Of a DNA stretch of 64,000 nt, positions 17,417 through 27,295 are shown piece by piece. The notes beneath the pieces were generated by a model. That model had not been told where the DNA came from. It was given only the letters and a program-made list of their open reading frames with translations, and did no database searches. The stretch spans positions 15,456 to 79,455 of the forward strand of contig JAXJMV010000030.1 in NCBI GenBank assembly GCA_036312985.1. The letters are read 5' to 3'. Position numbers and translations under genes: made by a program. Numbering within the stretch: the stretch's first letter is position 1; each line of letters starts with the position of its first letter. This DNA comes from Collinsella sp. (GTDB taxonomy: Bacteria; Actinomycetota; Coriobacteriia; Coriobacteriales; Coriobacteriaceae).

Positions 17417-19969
17417 ATGAGACGAGTGGGAGCACTTGGCTTGGTGGCAGCGCTTGCCGCTATCTTGGTATCGCCGCTGCCGGCGCATGCCGAAGACGCT
17501 TCGGGTGCCGTTACCTACAATGCGGGAAATGGGTATTCCTTTGAAAAGCTCTCGCATCCTACGGTAGGAACGTCGCAGCCGGATGGCATCGTCGACTACC
17601 AGGGCGGCGGTGCCGTTGCCGTTCCGGGCGCCGATGGTAATACGGCCAACAACGAAGGCGATCGCGGCCAGAGCTACACTTGGGCGGCTGCGAGCTATGG
17701 TGACTGGCTTTATGTGGGCACCTGCTATGCGGCGATGGGCAACACGCTGACGCTCATGAACGGCACGCTGGGCGATTCCTTTGATGCCGAGACCATGCGC
17801 CTGACGCTGGAGGCCATGTTTAACGGCACCTTCTTCTATGGACAGCAGAAGGAGGACGGCACGGCCGACAAGGACAGCGGCGGCATCTTGGTCAAGATCA
17901 ATACCAAGACCGGTGAGACCAAGCTGCTGCTCTCTGAATCGCTCAACGGCGTCGCTCCTTTGTTCCGCAATGCCGTGAGCTATAAGGGTAAGCTCTATTT
18001 CTGCGGCAGCGTCAGGACCAATGGCGGCAAAGGCGGCCTGCCTGCTGTATACGAGATCGATCCTAAGACGGATGAGTACAAAGTTGTCTATCAGGGCCTT
18101 TCGAGTATGCAGGATTACGGTGCTGCCTACAAGCAGGGCATTTCTACCGGTATCCGCGGCATGTGCGTCCATGATGGCCAGCTCGTCATCAGTAATGTGG
18201 GTAAAGACGCGAACGGTAATTTTGTGTCGACAATCCTGACGTCGTCTGACCCCTCGAAGGGCCAGGACAGCTTCACCGAGATTGCCAACTCGGAGACGCT
18301 GTTTGGCTATCCGGCGATTCGCTATAAGGACAGCATCTACGGCGGCGCCATTTGGGATATGGTCTCGTACAATGGCCATCTCTATGCGACCATCTGCACC
18401 GGTACGCCCGAGAACGCTCCCGATGATAATTCCATGCAGTCGTTTGCCATGGTCCGTGGCGACAAGAATGCCGACGGCAGCTATTCGTGGACTCCCATTG
18501 TCGGCGATCAGAAGACGGACGGTGCAAAGTACTGCTTTGGCATCGATCCTGCCCGTACCCGTTCTGGCGCTGCCAATCTCATCGTCTACAACGACTACCT
18601 CTATATCGGTGAATACAACGACGAGGAGATTGCCCTCGAGCGCATCCTGTTCAACAAATCCAACACCGAAGAGGGCGGCAAGAGCAGCATGGGCGGCGTT
18701 GACTGCTCGTTTGTGAATGCCAATCTTGAGCAGTCGGTTAACATCTATCGCATGGACAAGGACGAGAACATGGAGCTCGTCGTTGGCGATCGCACCGACA
18801 TGTTCCCCGAGGGCGGTATTTCCGGCCTGACTTCGGGCTTTGGCCGAAACGAGAACCAGTACATTTGGCGCATGCAGAAGTTCGACGGCAAGCTGTATAT
18901 CGGTACCTTTGATACCGCGAGCCTGCTTGAGCCGATCGGCCAGTTCTCCAATGGCGACATTATCGATATGACGCCCGAGGAGTGGGACTCTCAGGTTCAG
19001 CGCCTTAGGGACCTGCTCGATCACCTGCTCGACAAGAAATCGCCTGACGACCCCATCGTTCCCGTGAACACGCTTGCGGACGATGATTCAAACGAGGCCG
19101 TCGAGGTCGATGATTCGAACGAAGCTGCCGAGGTTGATGATTCAAACGAGGCCGTCGATGTCGATGACGAGAAGACCGAGGTTGCTAAGGGCTTTGGCGA
19201 TCTGAGCGATGCGCTGGAGGATGCCGCGGGCGGTCTTTGCGATCAGGCCGCGACGATGTCCCAGGACTTTGAGGACGACGCCGCTTATGCCCAGAAGATC
19301 GATGGCGAGATCGCGTACTTCAAGTCCTTTGCCGACCAGTATCAGGACATGCTCGATAGCTATGAGAGCCTTAAGCAGCAGTACGAGGATGCCTATGGCA
19401 CCGAGCTGCCGAGCGATATTCAGGATGCGCTCGATAAGCTGCTGAGTGAGGAGAACCTCAAGAAGCTGCAGAGTGTCCTTACGTGCATGTGTTACCTGCG
19501 CGATGCCGAGCGCGGCTTTGATATGTATGTGACCGAGGACGGCGTGAACTTTACGACGCTGACGACTAATGGCTTTAACGATCCGTATAACCATGGTCTG
19601 CGCACCTTTGCGGTGACCAACCAGGGTCTGTGCCTTGGTACCGCCAACCCGTTCTATGGTTGCCAGGTTTGGATCCAGCGCAAGGAGAATTCGGAGAATC
19701 CGATTGATCCCGGTACTCCGGATCCGACGGAACCCACCGATCCTTCGCAGCCGGGTGGCGGCAATCAGCCTGGTGGCAGCCAGACGGGCGGCAACGACCA
19801 GTCGAGCAGCACCGCGACGACCGTTTCGACGACCACTAAGAAGACTCCGAAGGACGGCTCGCTGCCTCACGCTGGCGACTCGACCCTCACGCTGGTCTTG
19901 GGATTGCTGGTTGCAGCTGCCGCAGTGCTTGGCATTGCTCTCGTCTTGCGCAAGCGTTCTCGTTGCTAG
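17417..19969 (+). CDS. Sortase-anchored (LPHAG) surface protein of unknown function
   Basis: Signal peptide ending AHA; Pro/Gly/Thr linker; LPHAG, hydrophobic segment and RKRSR tail. Confidence 0.85.
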   Translation: MRRVGALGLVAALAAILVSPLPAHAEDASGAVTYNAGNGYSFEKLSHPTVGTSQPDGIVDYQGGGAVAVPGADGNTANNEGDRGQSYTWAAASYGDWLYVGTCYAAMGNTLTLMNGTLGDSFDAETMRLTLEAMFNGTFFYGQQKEDGTADKDSGGILVKINTKTGETKLLLSESLNGVAPLFRNAVSYKGKLYFCGSVRTNGGKGGLPAVYEIDPKTDEYKVVYQGLSSMQDYGAAYKQGISTGIRGMCVHDGQLVISNVGKDANGNFVSTILTSSDPSKGQDSFTEIANSETLFGYPAIRYKDSIYGGAIWDMVSYNGHLYATICTGTPENAPDDNSMQSFAMVRGDKNADGSYSWTPIVGDQKTDGAKYCFGIDPARTRSGAANLIVYNDYLYIGEYNDEEIALERILFNKSNTEEGGKSSMGGVDCSFVNANLEQSVNIYRMDKDENMELVVGDRTDMFPEGGISGLTSGFGRNENQYIWRMQKFDGKLYIGTFDTASLLEPIGQFSNGDIIDMTPEEWDSQVQRLRDLLDHLLDKKSPDDPIVPVNTLADDDSNEAVEVDDSNEAAEVDDSNEAVDVDDEKTEVAKGFGDLSDALEDAAGGLCDQAATMSQDFEDDAAYAQKIDGEIAYFKSFADQYQDMLDSYESLKQQYEDAYGTELPSDIQDALDKLLSEENLKKLQSVLTCMCYLRDAERGFDMYVTEDGVNFTTLTTNGFNDPYNHGLRTFAVTNQGLCLGTANPFYGCQVWIQRKENSENPIDPGTPDPTEPTDPSQPGGGNQPGGSQTGGNDQSSSTATTVSTTTKKTPKDGSLPHAGDSTLTLVLGLLVAAAAVLGIALVLRKRSRC
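19082..19162 (+). repeat. Three 27-bp in-frame tandem repeats (DDSNEAVEV)
   Basis: GATGATTC[A/G]AACGA... units at 19082, 19109 and 19136. Confidence 0.85.
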
Positions 19970-20391
19970 ACTCGACCACGCAGCTCGATGCCTTGGATAT
20001 CGTCGAAGTTGATGGCGATATCCCTGAGTTTGAGCAGCTTGAATGCGGGTAACACTTCGTCGAGAATGCCCGTGCGGCTACGATAGCCGTACGTATCGTA
20101 ATAGGTGACGCGCACCAAGTCGCCACGTTTGAGGCCCTCGAGCTTTTTCGAAAGCTCGAGGGCTTTTTCTTCCGTGAGCTCGCATTTGGGTTCGACGGTG
20201 ATTTCCTGCTTACGTACGAGCTCGTAGTATCCCGTAAGGGCGGCAAAGGGCATAAACTGCGCGGCACGGCCGGCGCGGACGGAGCCGTTGGCGGTGAGCT
20301 TGGGGTCGGTGGAGCGACGTCTTCCCTCGGGGTCCGCTAGACGTTCAAAAGGCGTCGGTGGCCGCATCGGCTGTTGTTGGGACTTAGGCAC
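19966..20391 (-). CDS. YolD-like protein
   Basis: RAAQFMPFAALTGY signature; overlaps the polymerase stop. Confidence 0.85.
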   Translation of the reverse strand: MPKSQQQPMRPPTPFERLADPEGRRRSTDPKLTANGSVRAGRAAQFMPFAALTGYYELVRKQEITVEPKCELTEEKALELSKKLEGLKRGDLVRVTYYDTYGYRSRTGILDEVLPAFKLLKLRDIAINFDDIQGIELRGRV

Positions 20392-21889
20392 GATGTCCTC
20401 CTACCTGATCGTTGCGTTCGCGTGCGGTGGCGCCGGCGGTAAAGCTCAATCCCTTGACGAGCGCGTTCTTGCCGTACTTGCCCTTCACGGCCAGGACGGC
20501 GCGCGCCAGCTCGCGCTCGCGCTCATCGGCCTCGATATCGCTAAACAGGTCGATAGTGGCAAATTCTTCGGGCATGAGGTTGCCAAATCCCAAGTTGATG
20601 CGTTTGACCGGTCGTTTGGGATCGACGGTCTGCGCCCAGAGCTCATCGAAATAGCCCATGATCTTCTTAAACGAATTGGTGCGCTCGGGCAGCTTTCGCG
20701 AAGCGTTGGAGTGCGCAAAGAGTGCGGCATAGCCACCGCGCGGTTTGCCGCCATGCTCTCCCACAAAGATGCCATCGATTGCCTGCGCCTCGCGCACCAG
20801 GCGGCGCCGTTCGTCATCGCGCTGGACGGGCTTGGGCGCACGGGGCGCGAGTCCGGGGCCGGCGGTTGCGGTGGGTTCGATACTCGACGTGCTTGAGCGT
20901 AGGTGTCCGCATCCGTCCACATATTGCGCTGTGCCGCTGGCGTCGAGGCGGCGTATGTCGGCTCGTTCGCTTGCATAACCCACAAAGAGCGAGATGCTGT
21001 CGCACACCACGTGCTTATCGATCAAGTCCAGCACGGCGTTGTCGACCATCTCGCGCAAGACGGTGTAGGCCTGTTCATAGGCATAGCCTTTCGAGAGCAC
21101 CTGTCCTGTGGTAGTTGAGGTTGCCTGCGGGCGATAGGCTTGGATATCGGCGATAGTTGTCGGCTCGCGCCCGAAGGCGTGGTCGATGAGATATTCGGCA
21201 TTGACGCCGAGCTCGTCGTAAAGCAGGTTTTCGTCGAGCGCGGCGACGCCCATCAGATCGTATACCCCGTACTTTTCGAGGCGGGCTGCCACGCCGGGGC
21301 CGATGCCCCAGATGTCGGTGATGGGACGATGGGGCCAGATCTCCTTGCGAAAGGTCTCGTCGTCGAGTATGCCGATGCGGCTGGGTACGTGCTTGGCGGT
21401 AATGTCGAGTGCCACCTTGGCCTGGAATAGGTTGGGGCCGATGCCAACCGTTGCCGTGATGCCGGTGCGCGCCAGGACCTCGTCGCGCAACATGCAGGCG
21501 AAGCCTTCAGCGTCGGTGTGATAGAGGTCCAGATAGGGTGTCACGTCGATAAAGCATTCGTCGATGGAGTAGACGTGCACGTCTTGCGGACTCACGTATT
21601 CCAGATAGATACCGTAAATTTGCGCCGACACCTCCATGTAGTGCTGCATGCGCGGTACGGCCTTGATGTAGTCGATGCCGTCGGGAATCTCGAACAGACG
21701 GCATCGGTTGTGTATCCCGAGGTCCTTCATGGCCTGTGTGATGGCGAGGCAGATGGTCGTGCGCCCGCGCGATTCGTCGGCAACGACCAGGCACGTAGTG
21801 AGGGGGTCGAGTCCGCGGTCGACGCACTCGACGCTGGCGTAAAACGTCTTAAGGTCGATGCAGATATAGGTGTGACGCTCGTGCCCCAC
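20384..21889 (-). CDS. Y-family DNA polymerase (UvrX/UmuC-like)
   Basis: YICIDLKTFYASVEC, YSIDE, IWGIG, KYGKNA; start uncertain (GTG after GGAGG chosen). Confidence 0.92.
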   Translation of the reverse strand: MGHERHTYICIDLKTFYASVECVDRGLDPLTTCLVVADESRGRTTICLAITQAMKDLGIHNRCRLFEIPDGIDYIKAVPRMQHYMEVSAQIYGIYLEYVSPQDVHVYSIDECFIDVTPYLDLYHTDAEGFACMLRDEVLARTGITATVGIGPNLFQAKVALDITAKHVPSRIGILDDETFRKEIWPHRPITDIWGIGPGVAARLEKYGVYDLMGVAALDENLLYDELGVNAEYLIDHAFGREPTTIADIQAYRPQATSTTTGQVLSKGYAYEQAYTVLREMVDNAVLDLIDKHVVCDSISLFVGYASERADIRRLDASGTAQYVDGCGHLRSSTSSIEPTATAGPGLAPRAPKPVQRDDERRRLVREAQAIDGIFVGEHGGKPRGGYAALFAHSNASRKLPERTNSFKKIMGYFDELWAQTVDPKRPVKRINLGFGNLMPEEFATIDLFSDIEADERERELARAVLAVKGKYGKNALVKGLSFTAGATARERNDQVGGHRA

Positions 21890-21901
21890 GCGTCCTCCCA
21901 T

Positions 21902-21936
21902 CAAACACATGTTCTTATCGAATACATGTTCGATAA
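21902..21936. promoter_or_regulatory. Two tandem LexA (Cheo/SOS) boxes
   Basis: CAAACACATGTTCT (21902-21915) and CGAATACATGTTCG (21919-21932) versus CGAAC-N4-GTTCG. Confidence 0.8.
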
Positions 21937-22101
21937 TACCCGCTTGCGCGGACATCGTCAAAACCTGTCCCTTTTTGATCGGCTGCCGTTTGGGGGCCGA
22001 TTGGCAACGCTCGCTGATTGTAGTCTTGACCTGCGCTAGAATAGTGGCATCTGAATGTCCGGGTGCATGGAGGCGTGCGCCCGTATGCTGAGGAGGACTC
22101 T

Positions 22102-23796
22102 ATGGCAACTGTTGCCGCACCTATCGATGCTACGTCGACTGCCGCTTGGAAGGCACTCGAGGCTCATCAGGAGAAGCTCGAGGCCGATGGTATCGACCTC
22201 AAGGCCTGGTTCGCCGCCGATGCCGAGCGCGTGAACAAGCTGAGCTTTGACGCCGGTGACCTGCACTTCGATCTGTCGAAGAACCTGGTGACCGATGAGA
22301 CCGTCAAGCTGCTGTGCGATCTTGCCCGCGAGGTGAAGCTCGAGGAGCGCCGCGACGCCATGTTCTCCGGCGAGCACATCAACACCACCGAGGACCGCGC
22401 CGTCCTGCACACCGCGCTGCGCCGCCCGGCAAGCGAGAAGGGCCAGCTCATCGTCGACGGCCAGGACGTCGTCGCCGACGTGCACGAGGTCCTCGACCGC
22501 ATGTATGCCTTCGCCGAGCGCGTGCGCTCCGGTGAGTGGAAGGGCGTTACCGGCAAGAAGATCGAGCACCTGGTGTCTATCGGCATCGGCGGCTCCGATT
22601 TGGGCCCGGTCATGGCTTACGAGGCCCTGCGTCCCTATGCCGACGCCGGTATCGACTGCCGCTATATCTCCAACATCGACCCCAACGATCAGGCAGAGAA
22701 GCTCAAGGGCCTCGATCCCGAGACCACGCTCGTGATCATCGTCTCCAAGACCTTCACCACGCTCGAGACCCTCACCAACGCCCGCGAGGTCAAGACCTGG
22801 ATGCTCGAGCAGCTCAAGGCTCAGGGCGCCATCGACGGTTCCGATGAGCAGAACGCCGCGGCCGTGGCCAAGCACTTCGTCGCCGTTTCCACCGCACTCG
22901 ACAAGGTCGAGGCCTTCGGCATCGACCCCGCCAACGCCTTCGGTTTCTGGAACTGGGTCGGCGGCCGCTACTCCGTCGACTCCGCCGTGGGCCTGTCGCT
23001 GATCGTCGTCCTCGGCCCCGAGCGCTTCCAGCAGTTCCTCGAGGGCTTCCATGCCATCGACGAGTACTTCTGCAACACGCCGCTCGAGAACAACGCCGTC
23101 GCGCTGATGGGCCTGCTCAACGTCTGGTACGTCAACTTCTTCGGCTCCAAGAGCCACGCCGTGCTTCCGTACTGCCAGTATCTGCACCGTTTCCCGGCCT
23201 ACCTGCAGCAGCTCACCATGGAGTCCAACGGCAAGCATGTCCGCTGGGACGGCAGCGCCGTGACCTCCGATACCGGTGAGATCTTCTGGGGCGAGCCCGG
23301 CACCAACGGTCAGCACGCCTTCTACCAGCTGCTGCACCAGGGCACCGTGGTGGTCCCGGCCGACTTTATCGCTTTCGCCAACACTGCCAACCCTGCGACC
23401 GACAGCGGTCAGGACGTGCACGAGCTATTCCTGGGCAACTTCCTGGCCCAGACCAAGGCGCTCGCCTTTGGTAAGACGGCCGACGAGGTTCGTGCCGAGG
23501 GCACGCCCGAGCAGATCGTCCCGGCCCGCTGCTTTGAGGGCAACCGCCCGACGACCTCGATCTTCGGCGACACGCTGACCCCGTTCGCACTCGGTGAGCT
23601 CATCGCCCTGTACGAGCACATCACGTTTGTCGAGGGCACGGTCTGGGGCATCGATTCCTACGACCAGTGGGGCGTTGAACTGGGCAAGCAGCTTGCCAAG
23701 CAGATCACCCCGGCCTTCCACGACGACGCCGCCAAGGCCGAGCAGGACGCTTCGACCCAGGCGCTCATCGAGTTCTATCGCGCGCATCGCAAGTAG
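22102..23796 (+). CDS. pgi: Glucose-6-phosphate isomerase
   Basis: [40 protein letters not shown]. Confidence 0.98.
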   Translation: MATVAAPIDATSTAAWKALEAHQEKLEADGIDLKAWFAADAERVNKLSFDAGDLHFDLSKNLVTDETVKLLCDLAREVKLEERRDAMFSGEHINTTEDRAVLHTALRRPASEKGQLIVDGQDVVADVHEVLDRMYAFAERVRSGEWKGVTGKKIEHLVSIGIGGSDLGPVMAYEALRPYADAGIDCRYISNIDPNDQAEKLKGLDPETTLVIIVSKTFTTLETLTNAREVKTWMLEQLKAQGAIDGSDEQNAAAVAKHFVAVSTALDKVEAFGIDPANAFGFWNWVGGRYSVDSAVGLSLIVVLGPERFQQFLEGFHAIDEYFCNTPLENNAVALMGLLNVWYVNFFGSKSHAVLPYCQYLHRFPAYLQQLTMESNGKHVRWDGSAVTSDTGEIFWGEPGTNGQHAFYQLLHQGTVVVPADFIAFANTANPATDSGQDVHELFLGNFLAQTKALAFGKTADEVRAEGTPEQIVPARCFEGNRPTTSIFGDTLTPFALGELIALYEHITFVEGTVWGIDSYDQWGVELGKQLAKQITPAFHDDAAKAEQDASTQALIEFYRAHRK

Positions 23797-23828
23797 TCGC
23801 TGCTGTTAACGCATCGCGCCTTATAGTC

Positions 23829-23862
23829 AGGGGCCCGTATCCTATCGGATGCGGGCCCCTTT
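23829..23862. terminator. Terminator between pgi and the convergent virD4-like gene
   Basis: AGGGGCCCGTATCC/GGATGCGGGCCCCT stem followed by TT. Confidence 0.75.
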
Positions 23863-23937
23863 GCTTTGCCGTAGTCCCGGGGCGCACGGCCTTTGTGGAA
23901 CATCGCTGGGGCGCCGCGCGCCGCGAGAACCCTGCGC

Positions 23938-25242
23938 CTAGATCTCGGCCTCCGCATGGTCTCGCTGCGCCTCGGGCAGCTCCCCGTAGAGCGGATGGTC
24001 TTCGAGCCTAAAGCGCTCGACCTGTTCGGGAGTGCGACCGCGCACAAAGAGCCACGAGCGATCGATCGGCGTCGCCATGAGCGTGCTGGGCAGCGCGTCG
24101 GCGCGGTCGGAAAACACCCGGGCACTCTCGGGATCCTGGAACGCCAGCACCAGATGCGTGTCGCAGTTGCCCATGATGGAGCGTGCGCGTGCCTCGCCAT
24201 AGAGCGCATCGAGCTGGTTGGTCGACTGCAGCAGCAGCGTTGCCCAGATGTTGCGGCTTCGGATAATCGAGAGCACGTTGTCGATCTGGGGGATCTGCAG
24301 ATTTGCGAAGTCATCGAGCATAAAGCGCACGGGCACGGGCAGGCTGCCGTCGGGCTGCCTATCGGCCTCACGAATGAGGCCCATAAACGCCTGCGAAATA
24401 AAGAGGCCGGTCAGCGGATCGAGATTGCGGTCAATATCGCTCACGGTTACAAACAGGACGCAGGGGGTGTGTCCCATGGAAGCGAAGTTCACCTGATGGC
24501 ACTCACGATAGAGCTGTGCCGCACCGTCGAATCCCAGACACATGACCTTTTCGGCAAGGATGCCGACGATGCTCGCGTGCATGCGCTCGGCATTTTGCGT
24601 AATGGCGTAGCGCCGCCATAGCGAGAGGGCATAGCTTTGGGGGTCGGTCGTGATCAGGTCGTCAAACAATCGACCCGTGGCACCGTCCTGCAGGTGCTCG
24701 ATCAGCTTGATGACCGAGCTGATCGTCTGCTCGTCGGCGGGTAGCTGTTCGGTGACGTAGGCGATAAGACACGACAGCAGGTTTGCCGCCGCATGATCCC
24801 AAAAAGGCTGGTTGTTGTCCTCGATGGGGCAGATGGCCTTTGCCACCGAGAGGATGTCCTGCTGGTTGGGCCTGCCGTCCGCCTTGCGGCGAATGTGCCT
24901 CAGGGGGTTGTAGCCGCAGCGCTCAATGCCGGGCGCAAGGGCCGGGACGGTGTTGAGGTCGGCGAAGTTGAGACATTGCACGCGGTAACCGTGGGCTGCC
25001 AGCACGGGTCCCACTTCGCGACAGAGCGTGCCTTTGGTGTCGAGCACGATGTAGCTTGCGTTCATTTGCAGCAGGTTGGGCTTGAGGACGTTTCGGGTCT
25101 TGCCGGCTCCCGAGGGGCCGATCACAAGTGCGTTGTTGTTGAGTCCCGTTTGGCGGGTGTCGCAGGAAAGCGTTCGATCCTTGGCGAGGATGGTGGACGA
25201 TGCGGACTTAGATGCGGCGAGGCGGCTGGCGAGGTTAGACAT
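23938..25242 (-). CDS. Soluble VirD4/TraG-like (T4SS coupling protein family) ATPase
   Basis: NNNALVIGPSGAGKT Walker A, DTKG, YNPL, FWD, FMLDDFAN Walker B, RSRNI, QSTNQL..LYG, I.GNCD; no TM segment. Confidence 0.88.
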   Translation of the reverse strand: MSNLASRLAASKSASSTILAKDRTLSCDTRQTGLNNNALVIGPSGAGKTRNVLKPNLLQMNASYIVLDTKGTLCREVGPVLAAHGYRVQCLNFADLNTVPALAPGIERCGYNPLRHIRRKADGRPNQQDILSVAKAICPIEDNNQPFWDHAAANLLSCLIAYVTEQLPADEQTISSVIKLIEHLQDGATGRLFDDLITTDPQSYALSLWRRYAITQNAERMHASIVGILAEKVMCLGFDGAAQLYRECHQVNFASMGHTPCVLFVTVSDIDRNLDPLTGLFISQAFMGLIREADRQPDGSLPVPVRFMLDDFANLQIPQIDNVLSIIRSRNIWATLLLQSTNQLDALYGEARARSIMGNCDTHLVLAFQDPESARVFSDRADALPSTLMATPIDRSWLFVRGRTPEQVERFRLEDHPLYGELPEAQRDHAEAEI

Positions 25243-25852
25243 GGCCGACCTTCTTGGTGGTCGAGAGGATTTCGTGGGCAAAGCCGAGCTCGACGGCGCG
25301 CTCGGCCGAAAGGTAGGTGTCTTTTGCGGTGAGGGACTGGATGCGCTTGGGCGTGAGGCCGCTGCGGTCCGAGAGGATTTGCGTGAGGGTCTTGCGGGTC
25401 TGCATGAGACGCCGGCTGGTTTCCTGCAGCGCAAGTGCCGAGCCGCCTGCCCCCTGGGGGATCAGCGGGTCGTGAATCATGAGCTCTGCATGGGGCGCCA
25501 TACGGCGATCGTCGCCGCCCATAAAGATCACGGCGCCCATGGACGCGGCGAATTCCAGGCAGACGGTGCGGATGGGGCACGATGCGAGGCGCATGGCGTC
25601 ATAGATCGCAAGACCCGATCGCACGCTTCCGCCGGCGCTGGCGACAAATATGGTGATGGGGCGGCTGGGGTCGGTGGCATCGAGCAGGCGAATCTGCTGG
25701 CATAGGTCATGGGCCATCGGGGTTTCGATGTTTCCCATGACGGAGAGCTCGCGACGGGCGAGCATCTCATCGTAAATGCTGGTGAGCGTGATACCTCGGG
25801 CGGATTCACGCATGGTGAGGGGGCTGATGATGGGGGAATGATTGGTGTCCAT
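25235..25852 (-). CDS. clpP: ClpP-family serine protease
   Basis: SAGGSV, FAASMGA (Ser), LMIHDP (His), KDTYLSAERAVELG (Asp); AAAGGAG RBS. Confidence 0.92.
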   Translation of the reverse strand: MDTNHSPIISPLTMRESARGITLTSIYDEMLARRELSVMGNIETPMAHDLCQQIRLLDATDPSRPITIFVASAGGSVRSGLAIYDAMRLASCPIRTVCLEFAASMGAVIFMGGDDRRMAPHAELMIHDPLIPQGAGGSALALQETSRRLMQTRKTLTQILSDRSGLTPKRIQSLTAKDTYLSAERAVELGFAHEILSTTKKVGHV

Positions 25853-25914
25853 GAGGACTCCTTTCTGTTGGTTGTGTCGTGGAATAGGATTGTTACCCGC
25901 GGGGGGCTGGCGGG

Positions 25915-26805
25915 CTACAGGGCTCGTCCGAGCCTGAGATCGAGCTCGGTTGTGGGGCAGGCTGCCTGTTCGTGCGGCTCGCAAGCACCAAAGGCTCCAA
26001 AGCGATGGAGCGTTGCGGCGGGCGTGGTGTAGGCGAGCCGCAGCTGATGCTCGACAGGGGCACATCCGTCATTTTTGTAATGAGCCGCGTAGTACTGCGC
26101 GATGCTGGCGTTCATCTCGCTGCCATTGCGATGGCGCTCAAACTGGCGTCTGCAGGTCTCGATGATCTTTGCTACCGACTTGGGTGCCGTCGCGGGAACA
26201 AGGGCGAGATAGCCCTCAAATAGCTCGTTGATGCTCAGGAGGCACAGCAGGTCGATCAGCGTCCTTATGGCTGCTCCCTCGGCGGAAAAGTGCGCGGTCA
26301 TGCGGTTATATCGGTTGCGGTCGACGATGGCTGCATGGGGTCTCGGAGTTTTCTGCCCTGTGGTCCCGGGCTTTTGCCGCGCCTGTGTATTGAGCTCGAC
26401 GTTGCAGCGCTTGAGGCCGTCCAACGGAAGGAACAGTGCGGTGCGCAGGGTGTTCCGCTTGCTTTCGAGTTCATGACGCTCGTCGGGTTCCCATTCGAGC
26501 TTGAGTTTCGTGTCGAGCGCCGTAAGCATATGGGCTAGGCAGCCTACGGTAAGAACGTACGAATCGTTGTCGCGTTTTGGGGCATAGGGGTCTGTCAGCT
26601 TGCGAATGTCGGGGTCGCCCATGATCTTTGTGCAGCGCTTCAGCAGTTGAGGGTGGTCGGCCAAGATCGTCGCGAGCGGTAGCGACGCGTAGTTCTTGAT
26701 GGTCGCGGCGGCAAAGGCGGCGTCATATTCGTTTGCATATGCTCGCTCAATGCGGGCATCCAGAATGCTTTTCTTATCGCCGTCTTCAGCGTGGTGGTTT
26801 GTCAT
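25915..26805 (-). CDS. Hypothetical protein, first gene of the clpP/virD4-like operon
   Basis: 296-aa ORF with GGAGA RBS; no recognised motif. Confidence 0.65.
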   Translation of the reverse strand: MTNHHAEDGDKKSILDARIERAYANEYDAAFAAATIKNYASLPLATILADHPQLLKRCTKIMGDPDIRKLTDPYAPKRDNDSYVLTVGCLAHMLTALDTKLKLEWEPDERHELESKRNTLRTALFLPLDGLKRCNVELNTQARQKPGTTGQKTPRPHAAIVDRNRYNRMTAHFSAEGAAIRTLIDLLCLLSINELFEGYLALVPATAPKSVAKIIETCRRQFERHRNGSEMNASIAQYYAAHYKNDGCAPVEHQLRLAYTTPAATLHRFGAFGACEPHEQAACPTTELDLRLGRAL

Positions 26806-26821
26806 AGCTTCTCCAATCGGT

Positions 26822-26886
26822 TGATGTTCGTGCTGTTTGTTGATGTGTTGGTTGTCGTGAGTGATGTGCTTGCCGTGGGTGATGTG
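26822..26886 (-). repeat. Four spaced (C)ACATCA motifs in the operon leader
   Basis: TGATGT on + strand at 26822, 26841, 26862 and 26880. Confidence 0.6.
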
Positions 26887-27295
26887 CTGACGTTGGGGTG
26901 CTATGCGGTTTTCAATGAGCCCGTGAGGCAGTTGCTGCAGGGGCGGGATGGAACGGCCCATGCAAGGCGGAAGGCATCGTGCTCAAAATCGAGACAGCAA
27001 TGCCCTGGGTGCCTCACATGTGGCAGTTACCTCATTAAGTTGTCATTGCGTTTGGGGTTGTACTTTGCCGATCTTCCTTCTCTTACACGCTAAAACTCAA
27101 ACTTCATATGCTCGATCTACTTAAAACCGCAACGGCGGTCTTTTATCAACTTATATGTCGGAACGCGTCTTTGCAAGTACTTTTTTTGCGTTTGTTTCAA
27201 ATGGGGTGGTTTTGCAACCGTCATACGTGCGCTGTGCGAACGTGCCCCGGCTCGGATAAGATAGTGCGCGATAAAAACGATGCAAGGAGGCACAT

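Noticed and set aside
26822..26886. CRISPR-like array
   Set aside because: The repeat core is only 6-7 nt with an 18-21 nt period and there are no cas genes; no CRISPR array was seen anywhere in the window.
23938..27100. Integrative conjugative element around the virD4-like gene
   Set aside because: No relaxase, VirB4, integrase, oriT-like structure or att repeats recognised; reported as an orphan operon instead.
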